64,000 nt of DNA from an uncultured virus (IMG/VR IMGVR_UViG_3300023180_000023) (Duplodnaviria > Heunggongvirae > Uroviricota > Caudoviricetes): the IMG/VR virus record IMGVR_UViG_3300023180_000023. One strand, 5' to 3'. Both the position numbers and the translations under genes were made by a program. Shown piece after piece: positions 44,849 through 54,434 of this stretch. The notes under the pieces were generated by a model. That model worked only from the letters and a program-made list of their open reading frames with translations, did no database searches and was not told where the DNA came from. Position 1 is the first letter of the stretch; each line of letters begins with the position of its first letter.

Positions 44849-45603
44849 GGGAGATCTCTAAACCAGGGGTGTGGAACAATGCCATAAAGAAAACAAGAAC
44901 TTAATCTGTATTCAACGTCTTCTGGTATGTAGGCAACATGAGGGCGTTTAAATTCATAGATGGTCATTTTCCAAGGATCTGCAGGTGCTTCACCTTCATA
45001 TGTAAATCCAAATCTACTTAGAGTTGCCTCATCTAAATTTGGAAAAGTATTACATGTTGCCTTTCGCATCCTTTCAAATTCTGGATTCAATGGATGAAAC
45101 GGACGACATGCGAAATCAAAAAATGCATTCCAATTTCCATTTGGTTCTTTAATGTACTCACCTTCCCAACTATAGAATTTAGTAGAACTGGTTTGAATAT
45201 TCTCGCTCATCCAAAAATTAGCAACAATACCTTCTATCATTTCTTGACAATCATTATGTGGGATACCAGCAGTACCTTTACATATTACATTTGATTTTTC
45301 ATATTTGTTGATCCACCCCATTACACCATCTTTTTGTTTAGGTCTTTTGGATTCCCCAACAACATGCTTGTAAAAATCTCTTAAAAATACCCACGAAACA
45401 TATTCCGTCTCTTCCCAAAATTGACTATTGATAACTTGAAACGGATTATTACTTGCTCCTTTATTTTCGTTAGTGTAGTTCTTTTGAGATTCTACTTTTT
45501 TAACATACTCATCAACACCTGCGGAAAATGGATTATGAATCACCCAGTATCCTGGTTCTTTATATTCATACCTAAGTTCATTGGGATGTGTCAGTTCAAG
45601 CAT
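44845..45603 (-). CDS. Hypothetical protein, possibly 2OG-Fe(II) oxygenase-like
   Basis: PHND...T.FY...PH...R; TATAAATA upstream. Confidence 0.55.
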   Translation of the reverse strand: MLELTHPNELRYEYKEPGYWVIHNPFSAGVDEYVKKVESQKNYTNENKGASNNPFQVINSQFWEETEYVSWVFLRDFYKHVVGESKRPKQKDGVMGWINKYEKSNVICKGTAGIPHNDCQEMIEGIVANFWMSENIQTSSTKFYSWEGEYIKEPNGNWNAFFDFACRPFHPLNPEFERMRKATCNTFPNLDEATLSRFGFTYEGEAPADPWKMTIYEFKRPHVAYIPEDVEYRLSSCFLYGIVPHPWFRDLP

Positions 45604-45635
45604 AGCAAATACCAGTTTTAATTATTTATAGACAT

Positions 45636-45660
45636 AAAAAAAGGACCCCCGAAGGGGTCC
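45636..45660 (-). terminator. gp23 terminator
   Basis: GGACCCC-TTCG-GGGGTCC-TTTTTT. Confidence 0.9.
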
Positions 45661-45677
45661 AGTAAGATGTGAATGGA

Positions 45678-47114
45678 TCACATGAGGTTTGCAACAGAAA
45701 CTCTTCTGTAGTAAACGTTGGAGCTGAGGTTTGCTGCAGCAGCAGGATCAGCATCAGCGAGGTGGGAATCATAACCCTTAGCGAATGGGTTCAGGACCAT
45801 GCCATAGCGGGTCTTGAATCCGATACGTGGCTGGAAGTCATCCTGACCAACGCTACGTACCATCTGCAGAGGTACATATGGGCAGTAGAACATACCTGCG
45901 TCATAAGGTGAAGTACCCTTATAACCGACAACGTAGTACTGGTTGCCTGATTGACCATTTGTACCACCACGGGTGATGGTTGCATATGGGTCAATGTAGA
46001 CGCGATAGCGACCGTTCAGAACACCAGCGAAGGTGTTACCAGTTTCGTCAACTGCGAGGCGGTTGTTGCCTTCCAGAGCAGGGGTGTAATCAAGTACGCC
46101 TGCCATTGCCAGTGCCGAAGCAACGTCAGCAGAGCACATGATCATGTTGCCCTTTCCTCTACGAGTTTCGCGTGCAATTGCGTTTGCATCACGCTCGATT
46201 TGGAACAGAAGACCCTTGAACTTCTCAACCGACCAACGACCATTGGAGTCAACGTCCAGGTCGAAGATACCAGCGGTTGCGGTGTCATGCTGAGCACCAC
46301 GCTTAGCGGACTTATAGATGGTGCGAACAACCTCACGGTTGATCTCAGCAAGGATCTCAGAGGACAGAATGTTTGCCAGCTCTGACTCAGCATCCAGACC
46401 ATGGATAGCACGCAGGTCTTGTGCGAGTTCGATGCTGTACTCTGCCTTCAGAGCACGGGACTTAGCGGTAACAGCAATCTTTTCGATGCTGAAACCCATC
46501 TCGCGGAAGTCAGGAGCAGTGCCGTCGCTGTCCAGTGCCTCAGAATCCTGAGTGGACATTGCATGACCATTGGTGTAGTAACCCTGAACGGTGTTCTCGT
46601 TAGCGCCAGAGAAGGTGTCGTTCAGAACTGCAGGGTTGTCGCCTGTCAGTGCATCAGCAGCACCTGTAACGTCGTTAGCACCTTGAGTACCCGACTGATT
46701 AGGATTGACTTCGTTGAAGAATGCTTCAGCACCTTGCTGACCATCGTAGCGAGCACGCATTGCGAAGATCAGTCCAGTAGGACCAGACATTGGTTGAACG
46801 CCTGCCAGGTCATATGCGACCAGATTAGGCATTGAACGGCGGATCAGTGAGATCAGAACAGGGTCGAAACCTGCAACAGGACCAGCAGCAGCAGCAGCGG
46901 TCGAGAAACCAGGAACACCAGCGCCAGCAGGATCGGTGTTAACGGTTGGCAGTGCTTCCGAAAGAATTTGACGCTCTTCGCGGATTACACGCTCTTGGTT
47001 TTCAAGCAGGATGGAAGTGACAGCTTTCTTGTAGTTATCTTCAATCTTTGGAAGATCACCGTGCTCAAGAACAGGTGCCCACTTCTCCTGGAGGTGTTGG
47101 GACATGCCTAACAT
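45678..47114 (-). CDS. gp23: Major capsid protein
   Basis: EKWAPVL, GVQPMSGPTGLIFAMR, KSRALKAEY, QPRIGFKTRYG. Confidence 0.99.
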   Translation of the reverse strand: MLGMSQHLQEKWAPVLEHGDLPKIEDNYKKAVTSILLENQERVIREERQILSEALPTVNTDPAGAGVPGFSTAAAAAGPVAGFDPVLISLIRRSMPNLVAYDLAGVQPMSGPTGLIFAMRARYDGQQGAEAFFNEVNPNQSGTQGANDVTGAADALTGDNPAVLNDTFSGANENTVQGYYTNGHAMSTQDSEALDSDGTAPDFREMGFSIEKIAVTAKSRALKAEYSIELAQDLRAIHGLDAESELANILSSEILAEINREVVRTIYKSAKRGAQHDTATAGIFDLDVDSNGRWSVEKFKGLLFQIERDANAIARETRRGKGNMIMCSADVASALAMAGVLDYTPALEGNNRLAVDETGNTFAGVLNGRYRVYIDPYATITRGGTNGQSGNQYYVVGYKGTSPYDAGMFYCPYVPLQMVRSVGQDDFQPRIGFKTRYGMVLNPFAKGYDSHLADADPAAAANLSSNVYYRRVSVANLM

Positions 47115-47151
47115 TTGATTTTCTCCTAGTAAGTAAGTAGTGGTTTAATAA

Positions 47152-48180
47152 TTATTTCCAACGGGAAATTGCGCTAACATACGCAGCCATTGGACCCTCG
47201 ACAGGGGATGCAACTTCATCAGTTGCAATGTCTTCCTTCAGTTCAACCTTTGCCTTAGGGAAATAATTTTCCTTAATGGTTTCGAGTTTTGCCTTAAAGG
47301 ACTCTTCGGATTCAAACTCAACTCCCTCTGCGAGAGAAGCAAGCTTCTCTGCTTGGGTTTGAGCAAGACCCTTAGAAACTTCGGTGATTGCTGACTCTCT
47401 TACGAAAGCAGAAATCTTACCGTTGAGTGACACATTTTTTTCAATCTGCTCATTGAGCTTCTCTTCCATCTCATCTAATTTGTTTGTCATCTCTTCGAGA
47501 ACATCATATTTATCTTCAGGGAGTTCTACATAATTTGCTTCAAAAAGTTGCTTCATGCCAGACATGAAGTTATCAACCATTTCCAGTTTGATGCCGTTGT
47601 GGATTTCGAGTTCATTCTCTTTTCTCCACTCTTCGGCAACATATGCGAGGAACTTGTCCATCTTCTCAGCGAGTTCTACTTTAAGAGTTTCAACTTGCTC
47701 AGAGAGGCGTGCCTCAAATGCTTCTTCAATCTTCTTGGTTTGCTCAGCAAGTTTTGCCTTAACTGCTGCTTCGAAGATTGTCTTTGTTTTTTCCTTAAAC
47801 TCTTCGGAGAGTTCTTCGCCAGCGATCAGAGCATTTACATCTTCTTCAACGCTGAACTCAGGAGTTTCGGTTACAACCTCTTCGGTTGTTTCTTCTTCTT
47901 CCTTCAATTTGCCAGGTGCTGCATCGCCTGGTTTAGCGTTCTTGGTTACATGACCATCGCTAACCTTTGATGTACCCTTGTTGGCAATCTTGGAAGAATC
48001 GTTATCTTGCTTGTAGTTCTGATTAGTAGGACCGCCAAGATTATCTTTAGCGGTATCTTGAGGAGCAGGAATAGAAGCAGCAACCATGCCGTCTGCCTTT
48101 TTGGCACCATCAGTTGGCGCTTTTTCCTCAAGAGTTTCTTCTACGAAAGTTTCAAATTTCTGGTCAACTGATGCTGACAT
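47152..48180 (-). CDS. gp22: Prohead core scaffold
   Basis: LSEEFKEK..TIFEAAV, IKENYF; synteny. Confidence 0.93.
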   Translation of the reverse strand: MSASVDQKFETFVEETLEEKAPTDGAKKADGMVAASIPAPQDTAKDNLGGPTNQNYKQDNDSSKIANKGTSKVSDGHVTKNAKPGDAAPGKLKEEEETTEEVVTETPEFSVEEDVNALIAGEELSEEFKEKTKTIFEAAVKAKLAEQTKKIEEAFEARLSEQVETLKVELAEKMDKFLAYVAEEWRKENELEIHNGIKLEMVDNFMSGMKQLFEANYVELPEDKYDVLEEMTNKLDEMEEKLNEQIEKNVSLNGKISAFVRESAITEVSKGLAQTQAEKLASLAEGVEFESEESFKAKLETIKENYFPKAKVELKEDIATDEVASPVEGPMAAYVSAISRWK

Positions 48181-48233
48181 GTGCTATTCTCCTTTGAATA
48201 TAATCTGTTAGATTTCTATAACTTATTTATAAA

Positions 48234-48878
48234 TTATAATCCTTTTAAGAATTTTTCAAACGCGGCAACTTTGCGCTCCTGAAGGTTATACAATGTTGCG
48301 TGATCTAATTCTTGTTTTAACTGTGCAATATGGCGTTCTTTAAGAATACCATTGTTCCACACCCACTCCTTTCCTTCCATAATACCTTCAACAAAAGCAT
48401 CAGGTGCAGAAGGATCTGCTACAATATCTGCAGCAGTTGCAAGCATGAAATCATCACGGACATAATTTACTCCGCTTCTTTCTTGAAGTGAACCAACACC
48501 TCTAGAAGAAACTCCAAGTTTTACTCCCTCATCAATTAAAGATTTTGCAATCTTACCCATAGGGGTATCCAGAAGTTTTGCTTTACCAATAAAATTAGTT
48601 CCCTCTTTTTGGAGTGAAATAATTTTATGGGATACACGGTCAAGATTTACAGTAGGACCTTCTGGGTGACCCAGTTCTCCTAATGCACGATCTTTAGAAA
48701 TATAGGATTCGGTATATCTTTGAACTTCTTTTTCAAGAACATTCAGAGGATATACTCTACCGTTTCTATTTTTAATATCAGATTGCAGGAAGATGCCCTC
48801 AATGAAGTGATTCTTTTTAGAACCATTTTCTTCAATGAGAAATTCTACGCTTTCAATCTGTTCCGTGATCAGTTTCAT
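48234..48878 (-). CDS. gp21: Prohead protease
   Basis: MKLITE, ALGELGHP, GVSSRG.GS, DIVADPSAPDA. Confidence 0.97.
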   Translation of the reverse strand: MKLITEQIESVEFLIEENGSKKNHFIEGIFLQSDIKNRNGRVYPLNVLEKEVQRYTESYISKDRALGELGHPEGPTVNLDRVSHKIISLQKEGTNFIGKAKLLDTPMGKIAKSLIDEGVKLGVSSRGVGSLQERSGVNYVRDDFMLATAADIVADPSAPDAFVEGIMEGKEWVWNNGILKERHIAQLKQELDHATLYNLQERKVAAFEKFLKGL

Positions 48879-49050
48879 CTTCTGTTTCTTCGGGAGTCGT
48901 TTCTAAATTTTTGAACATATTTGCACCAACCTTTTCTTTTTCAAGAGTAAGGATGGACGCCGCCTTGTTCATAATAATATCTTTCACAGCGTCAGACGCA
49001 TCACTAAGTTGATCTTTCATGATCATGTCAACAATTTTTGTAGGTTCCAT
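48853..49050 (-). CDS. Small prohead core protein (gp67/68 position)
   Basis: Between gp20 and gp21. Confidence 0.6.
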   Translation of the reverse strand: MEPTKIVDMIMKDQLSDASDAVKDIIMNKAASILTLEKEKVGANMFKNLETTPEETEDETDHGTD

Positions 49051-49066
49051 GATTTAACCTCGCTTA

Positions 49067-50677
49067 CTATTTAGTGTTTGAATTTCCTGACGTTTTAGGT
49101 GCAGGTGGGTTTTTCAATTGATTTAGTTGCGCTTTTTGCGTTTCCATATCAATCTCAGCAGATTGCTTTTCTTGAGCAACCTGATCAAGGGGATCAATAA
49201 CTTGACCCGCCTTAATCTCATTATTTATCTGCTCTCTCATTTCTTCAATTTCCTGCTCAGTAAACTGCAGCAGTTGACGCATGACATAATCTTGAGAGAA
49301 GTATTTGCCAACATAGAGATCCAGTTTATCCAGAACATCCATCTTAGCTTGAAGCATATCAAGATCAGATCTCTCTGAGAAGTGATTATCATAAAGATAA
49401 TCATACTGGATATGCTCCTTCATTTCCTCCCAATCTTCAGGAGTGATAACACCCTTAAGGATCAGTTGTGTTTTAAGTAGGTCGTGTAATAGATCAGAGA
49501 ACTTCTTACGGAGGCGACCTACAAATTTGGTAAACTTAATCTCATCTCTATTGATCTCTTCTGATTTACCAAGATCAAATGACTTGTCACTTTCTAAACG
49601 TGAAGGTGGTACGTTAAGTGCCTTGTAAAGTTGAGTTTGGAAATACTTAATGTCAGTAAGTTCTCCAAGGTTTTGTCCACCAGGAAGTGTAGTGATTTCA
49701 GTTCCTCTGCCACCTTCACGACGAGGAAGCCAGAAATCTTCCAGCATAGACATGTGCTTTTTGTCGTCACGAATCTCACCTGTATTTGAATCATATACAA
49801 GTTTATTTCTGTAGCGTGACATTACCTCACGGAGATATTGCTCCGCTTTGATCTTAGGTAAATTACCAACATCAATGTAGAAAATTCTACGTTCTGGTGC
49901 TCTTGACAAACGATAGATAACAATGCTATCTTCAAGCATTCTGAGTTGATTCAGATACTTGATTGCTTTGTGAAGATGACTTAATGTAATATTTCTACCC
50001 TGGTCTGTGACACCAGATGTGATAGATGCAATTGCATCTTTTGCAATTTTAATTCCCTGATTAGTGTTGTTTACACCTTTATTGTTGTAAACATAAAACT
50101 CAGTAATTTTACCATAATCATATTTCATGAACTGGTCAGCATCGACTGGTGGTTTCTCCACCAGACGAACCTTTTTAATTTTCAAAGGATCGATATAACG
50201 CAGTTCTAAAATACCTTTTGAAGGATCTTCTAGATCAATTACTTTATGATAATAGATACGACCATCAATGTACCAACGTCTGAAAATTTCGTGTGCAGAT
50301 TTATCAAAATCTAACAGACGTTTGATTTGATCAAACTCGTTTCTGATTGCTGTTTTAATTGATTCTGATGCTTGAAGATTAGACAGTTCAACTTCTACAG
50401 GACTGTCATCTTTATCAGTTACAATTGCTTCGTTTGTAATATCTTCGATAGCACTGTCAACTTCTGGTTGAAGTGCCATTTCTCTGTAGCGTCTGATAAG
50501 GTTTATCTCATCACGCTTCTTAGTATCGTCAAGATCCACATAATGACCAAACCATCCCCCGTAAGGAGTGATGGTTGAGGCAGCATCGTTGTCTGTAGGA
50601 GGAACAGGGGACGGAGCGGACTTCGCCCCCTTTTTTAAATCCTCATCTTTGATTGAAAAACCAAATAGTTGTGCCAT
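49067..50677 (-). CDS. gp20: Portal vertex protein
   Basis: YRLSRAPERRIFYIDVGN, EDFWLPRREGGRGTEI. Confidence 0.98.
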   Translation of the reverse strand: MAQLFGFSIKDEDLKKGAKSAPSPVPPTDNDAASTITPYGGWFGHYVDLDDTKKRDEINLIRRYREMALQPEVDSAIEDITNEAIVTDKDDSPVEVELSNLQASESIKTAIRNEFDQIKRLLDFDKSAHEIFRRWYIDGRIYYHKVIDLEDPSKGILELRYIDPLKIKKVRLVEKPPVDADQFMKYDYGKITEFYVYNNKGVNNTNQGIKIAKDAIASITSGVTDQGRNITLSHLHKAIKYLNQLRMLEDSIVIYRLSRAPERRIFYIDVGNLPKIKAEQYLREVMSRYRNKLVYDSNTGEIRDDKKHMSMLEDFWLPRREGGRGTEITTLPGGQNLGELTDIKYFQTQLYKALNVPPSRLESDKSFDLGKSEEINRDEIKFTKFVGRLRKKFSDLLHDLLKTQLILKGVITPEDWEEMKEHIQYDYLYDNHFSERSDLDMLQAKMDVLDKLDLYVGKYFSQDYVMRQLLQFTEQEIEEMREQINNEIKAGQVIDPLDQVAQEKQSAEIDMETQKAQLNQLKNPPAPKTSGNSNTK

Positions 50678-50713
50678 TCCAAATTTGAACTAACCGTTAA
50701 ACTATTTAGTATC

Positions 50714-51346
50714 TTACGAAAGTGCCGTATTACGGGTGGTGAGTTCACCATAACTATCTGGATCTGCACCTGCATCAAAGTACTGATACTGGAATTCAAC
50801 ATCAAATTCTTCAATCTGATCGTTGCTATCAAAAGCAAGGTTGATAGCACCTACGCTGCTTGGCCAAGCACCAATCAGTTTATATGCTCTCAGATTTGCA
50901 TTAGGATCATTACCAGTACCACCAGCAGTAGTAATATCTTTTGACTTTTGAACAATATCAATATCCTGGAAGAATGCTCCAGATGCATTATCTCCACCAA
51001 AGTTTAAAGTACCAAGGTTTTCATCAACCTTGTTACCAAGGTTTACCCATTGCTCAAATGCTCTTCTCAGATCAAAGTCCTTAGTGTTATAGAAGGTTGC
51101 GGTCCAAGATTCAAAGGTTCTATCACCAGGAATCTTGAGGAAACGACCTCTAAAAGGAACTTCAATAACTCCCTGACTATGACCAGGGAGTGCTGCTGAT
51201 CTGCAGAGGAAACCAGTTTTTGCGGTTAACTCTGAACCAGAAGGAACATTTACTAATGCTGCTGATGGGAATTTGACTGAAACCTCATAAAGGTTGGGGC
51301 GAACCCCACCCTTTAATTGAGTTTTGAATTTCGTGATGTTTGACAT
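50714..51346 (-). CDS. gp19: Tail tube protein
   Basis: GGVRPNLY, VPFRGR.LKIPGDRTF, IEEFDVEFQYQY. Confidence 0.95.
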   Translation of the reverse strand: MSNITKFKTQLKGGVRPNLYEVSVKFPSAALVNVPSGSELTAKTGFLCRSAALPGHSQGVIEVPFRGRFLKIPGDRTFESWTATFYNTKDFDLRRAFEQWVNLGNKVDENLGTLNFGGDNASGAFFQDIDIVQKSKDITTAGGTGNDPNANLRAYKLIGAWPSSVGAINLAFDSNDQIEEFDVEFQYQYFDAGADPDSYGELTTRNTALS

Positions 51347-51373
51347 TTTTTGAGATCTCCTTGATTTTATTTA

Positions 51374-54124
51374 TCAGCGGGCAACAACTTCAGAGAAGCT
51401 GATTCCAGTTCTCGTAGCAACAAATGTCAGCGTAATGAAGTTAATAGAACGTGCTGGTTGAATATAGATATCAGCAACAAACTCGTTCTGATCAATAACT
51501 GCTGAAGTATTATTTGTTGAGTCGCAAACAACCAAGAAGTCATAAAGACCTCTTCTTGCTTGAACATCACGGAGGAATGGTTCAACAACACCCTTGAATA
51601 CGTTTCTTGTGGTTTCGTCGTTGATTTCAAACAGTTGTGCTTTTGCTGCTTGTTCAATTGCCTTTTCTACAACCAAGAACAGACGACGGACGTTAATTCT
51701 GTCGAATGCAGATGGGTTAGCAAGTGCAGTTTTATCACCAAAGAGAACAGCACCTTGACCTGGGAATACAGCGATTGGGTTGATTCTGTTGGAATACAAC
51801 TCATCTCTATCTAACTTGCTTGGGTTCCATGCAAGTTTAGCAATATTGCGAATGCCACCTCTTGAGAAACCTGCAGGTGAGAACCATGGTTCTGCACTGA
51901 TTGCAGTGCTTGCTACCAGACCAGCAACGTCACTGTTGCAAGGAATGTAACGATATACATCGTTCCAACGGTCATACACATACTTGTAGTTTGAATCAAG
52001 TACTGCGTATGAAGTGCTGGTAACTTGTGAGTAGAATCTCTTCAGGTTCTTAACAATTTCTCTGTTTGTAAGAACTAAACCACTATCAGAAATGATATTT
52101 CCTTTATGTGGTGAGAGGAATGCAACGCAATCTTGTCTTGTAGTAGCAAGACCAGCAAGGTAAGTTGCTTTTAATCTGGTATCCTCCTCGCTAGAGAGTC
52201 CAGGACCCATAAGCAGGTAATCTAATGATACTGTCTCAAGATCTGCAAATGATTCATATGCATTGTTTACATCAGTAACTGTAACATTCCATGCTCCACT
52301 TGGGAGGGTATCATAATCTTCGCCACTGGTTAATCTAAAGCTCTTAGCACCTACGGGTGCGAATGCAGCGGTTTTGTTTTGATATTCAAAAACAGTATCA
52401 CCTGCGTATACATATCTACTTCCAGTTGAAACTACTCCTTTGTAGTAGTTAGATCCGCCTTGAGCACCTCTTGCATCTTTTGCTTTTGAAGCATACAGGA
52501 ATGTTTCAAGAATGGTGTTTCTTGCACCAGAGATTGAACCATCTTCATCAACAACTGCAACGTGTACGCTGTCTCTTACTTCTACTCCACCGTAGAAAGC
52601 TTCTGCATCTGCAGATGCCAAAGGACGTGCTACAACTGCTGCCCAGGTTAAACCTGATCCTTGATACAGTTCTTTAGTTGCATACCACTGTTCGCCATCA
52701 TCTAATGAATCTGCAAGGATTGCGTTTCCTGATGTAGCGCCAATTGTCAGAACATCTTCTTCAACAAAGAGTTGCCCTGCTCCAGGAGCTGGTACATAAG
52801 AACCATTACTTTCAGTAATAATTACGTGAACATCAGTGTAAGTAATTGAATCAACGGTTGCTGTAGTTACGTCAATAACTTTACCGTACTTAGAACCACC
52901 GTTAGTAACGACAGCACCAACTGCAATGTTAGTTGCGTTTGATGGGGAATTAGAAGTCAATCTGAATGACTGTCTTGGTCCGTTATCAATGGTGCAAACT
53001 CTTAATGCATTACCCCAGATACCTGGAGTTTTTCCAGCAAATAACCAACCGTTTGCATTTCCTGCATAGGAAGAATCATATACGTCGCTGTTGGAGATCT
53101 TGATTGCTGCTGCAGCGATTGTTGCAGTTGCAGTTGCAGTTACACCAGGAGCAGGAAGTGATACAGTTAAACCAGTAGTATCACTGTAGTTACCAAAAGT
53201 GGTAACGTTAATTCCTGTTACAATTCCACTAGAATTTACGACTGCAGTTCCAGAGAATGGAGTGATTGCAGTTCCACCAGATACGCTAACTGGATATGAA
53301 CCGTTTGGATCATAGTTTGTACCACCAGTGGTAACGGCAACTACAACACCAGTTGGAGCATCAACAGTTAAGGTTGGTGCAGAAGTATAACCACTTCCAC
53401 CAGTAAGGGTGATTTGGGTAAGTTCACCTGCAGCATTAATTTGAGCAGTTGCTTGACCACTAGTTCCACCACCACCAGAAACTGTAACGGTTGGTGCTGC
53501 AGAATAACCACTACCAGGATTGGTGATTGTTGCAGTTCCAGTTAAGGAACCAGCATCCAAGTTACCTGCACCAGCAGTTGCGGTTGCTGTAGTTCCTGCT
53601 GCAACAGATGCAAGAGCATTTTCACCTACAGGTGCAATCGTTACGGCTGGAGCAGAAGTGTATCCAGAACCAGTTTGAGTGACCAGAACGCTAGTTACTC
53701 TTCCATTTGCATCGATATTTGCAACACCTTCTGCACCAGATCCACCACCACCTGAGAAGGTTACTGCTGGATTAGAGGTGTACTTACCATTTGTTTGTGG
53801 ATTGGTAATGGTGACCGATCCTACATAATTACCTACTCTAGCAATAGAGTTTTTCAGATCATCAGTATCAATTCTGACGACTGAAAGAGTTCCACCGTAG
53901 GAAAGATAGTTGGTTGCAGACAACCAATACTCTGCATTGTTTTCTACGGGTTCGCCAAATTCTGCGATTAAATCTGCTTCTGAACCAATCAGAACTGGAG
54001 AACCAAGTTCTCCCTTTGCGAATGGTGCAGCAAAACCTGCGATATTGTTGTTCGCAATATCTGCTCTGCCGTTGGTAAGGTCTTTTTCCCTAACAACAAC
54101 TCCAGGGGAGCGTAAAGTTGCCAT
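51374..54124 (-). CDS. gp18: Tail sheath protein with Gly/Thr-rich insertion
   Basis: SPGVVVRE.DLT, PWFSPAG..RG, FDRINVRRLF, ARSINFITL. Confidence 0.96.
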   Translation of the reverse strand: MATLRSPGVVVREKDLTNGRADIANNNIAGFAAPFAKGELGSPVLIGSEADLIAEFGEPVENNAEYWLSATNYLSYGGTLSVVRIDTDDLKNSIARVGNYVGSVTITNPQTNGKYTSNPAVTFSGGGGSGAEGVANIDANGRVTSVLVTQTGSGYTSAPAVTIAPVGENALASVAAGTTATATAGAGNLDAGSLTGTATITNPGSGYSAAPTVTVSGGGGTSGQATAQINAAGELTQITLTGGSGYTSAPTLTVDAPTGVVVAVTTGGTNYDPNGSYPVSVSGGTAITPFSGTAVVNSSGIVTGINVTTFGNYSDTTGLTVSLPAPGVTATATATIAAAAIKISNSDVYDSSYAGNANGWLFAGKTPGIWGNALRVCTIDNGPRQSFRLTSNSPSNATNIAVGAVVTNGGSKYGKVIDVTTATVDSITYTDVHVIITESNGSYVPAPGAGQLFVEEDVLTIGATSGNAILADSLDDGEQWYATKELYQGSGLTWAAVVARPLASADAEAFYGGVEVRDSVHVAVVDEDGSISGARNTILETFLYASKAKDARGAQGGSNYYKGVVSTGSRYVYAGDTVFEYQNKTAAFAPVGAKSFRLTSGEDYDTLPSGAWNVTVTDVNNAYESFADLETVSLDYLLMGPGLSSEEDTRLKATYLAGLATTRQDCVAFLSPHKGNIISDSGLVLTNREIVKNLKRFYSQVTSTSYAVLDSNYKYVYDRWNDVYRYIPCNSDVAGLVASTAISAEPWFSPAGFSRGGIRNIAKLAWNPSKLDRDELYSNRINPIAVFPGQGAVLFGDKTALANPSAFDRINVRRLFLVVEKAIEQAAKAQLFEINDETTRNVFKGVVEPFLRDVQARRGLYDFLVVCDSTNNTSAVIDQNEFVADIYIQPARSINFITLTFVATRTGISFSEVVAR

Positions 54125-54209
54125 CTGTATCTCCTTAGAAATATATCATATTTTCTAAATCTATTTATTATTTTGACGCACTCAAAAGGGGAAACAATGC
54201 ATGAACACC

Positions 54210-54434
54210 CTACCAATCAGGATACTCCCATCTTTTAGAGTCGTTTTTTCTTGCATTAGAAACTCTGCGTTTAGTGCATTGCTTACACTCGTAAGAGTAT
54301 GCTGAAGGGAATCCCTTTTTATTTTTTCTTACCAAATAGAAGTCAGTTAATAAATCTTTTTTAATATTACATGTACGGCATCTTCTTTCATTGAAGAGTA
54401 AATGATCAAGTTCAAACTCTTCATCAAATTCCAT
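54210..54434 (-). CDS. Small zinc-finger protein
   Basis: CRTC...YECKQC. Confidence 0.75.
   Translation of the reverse strand: MEFDEEFELDHLLFNERRCRTCNIKKDLLTDFYLVRKNKKGFPSAYSYECKQCTKRRVSNARKNDSKRWEYPDW

Noticed and set aside
45669..48131. Opposite-strand and alternative-frame ORFs over gp23 and gp22
   Set aside because: Shadows of highly expressed, codon-biased structural genes.
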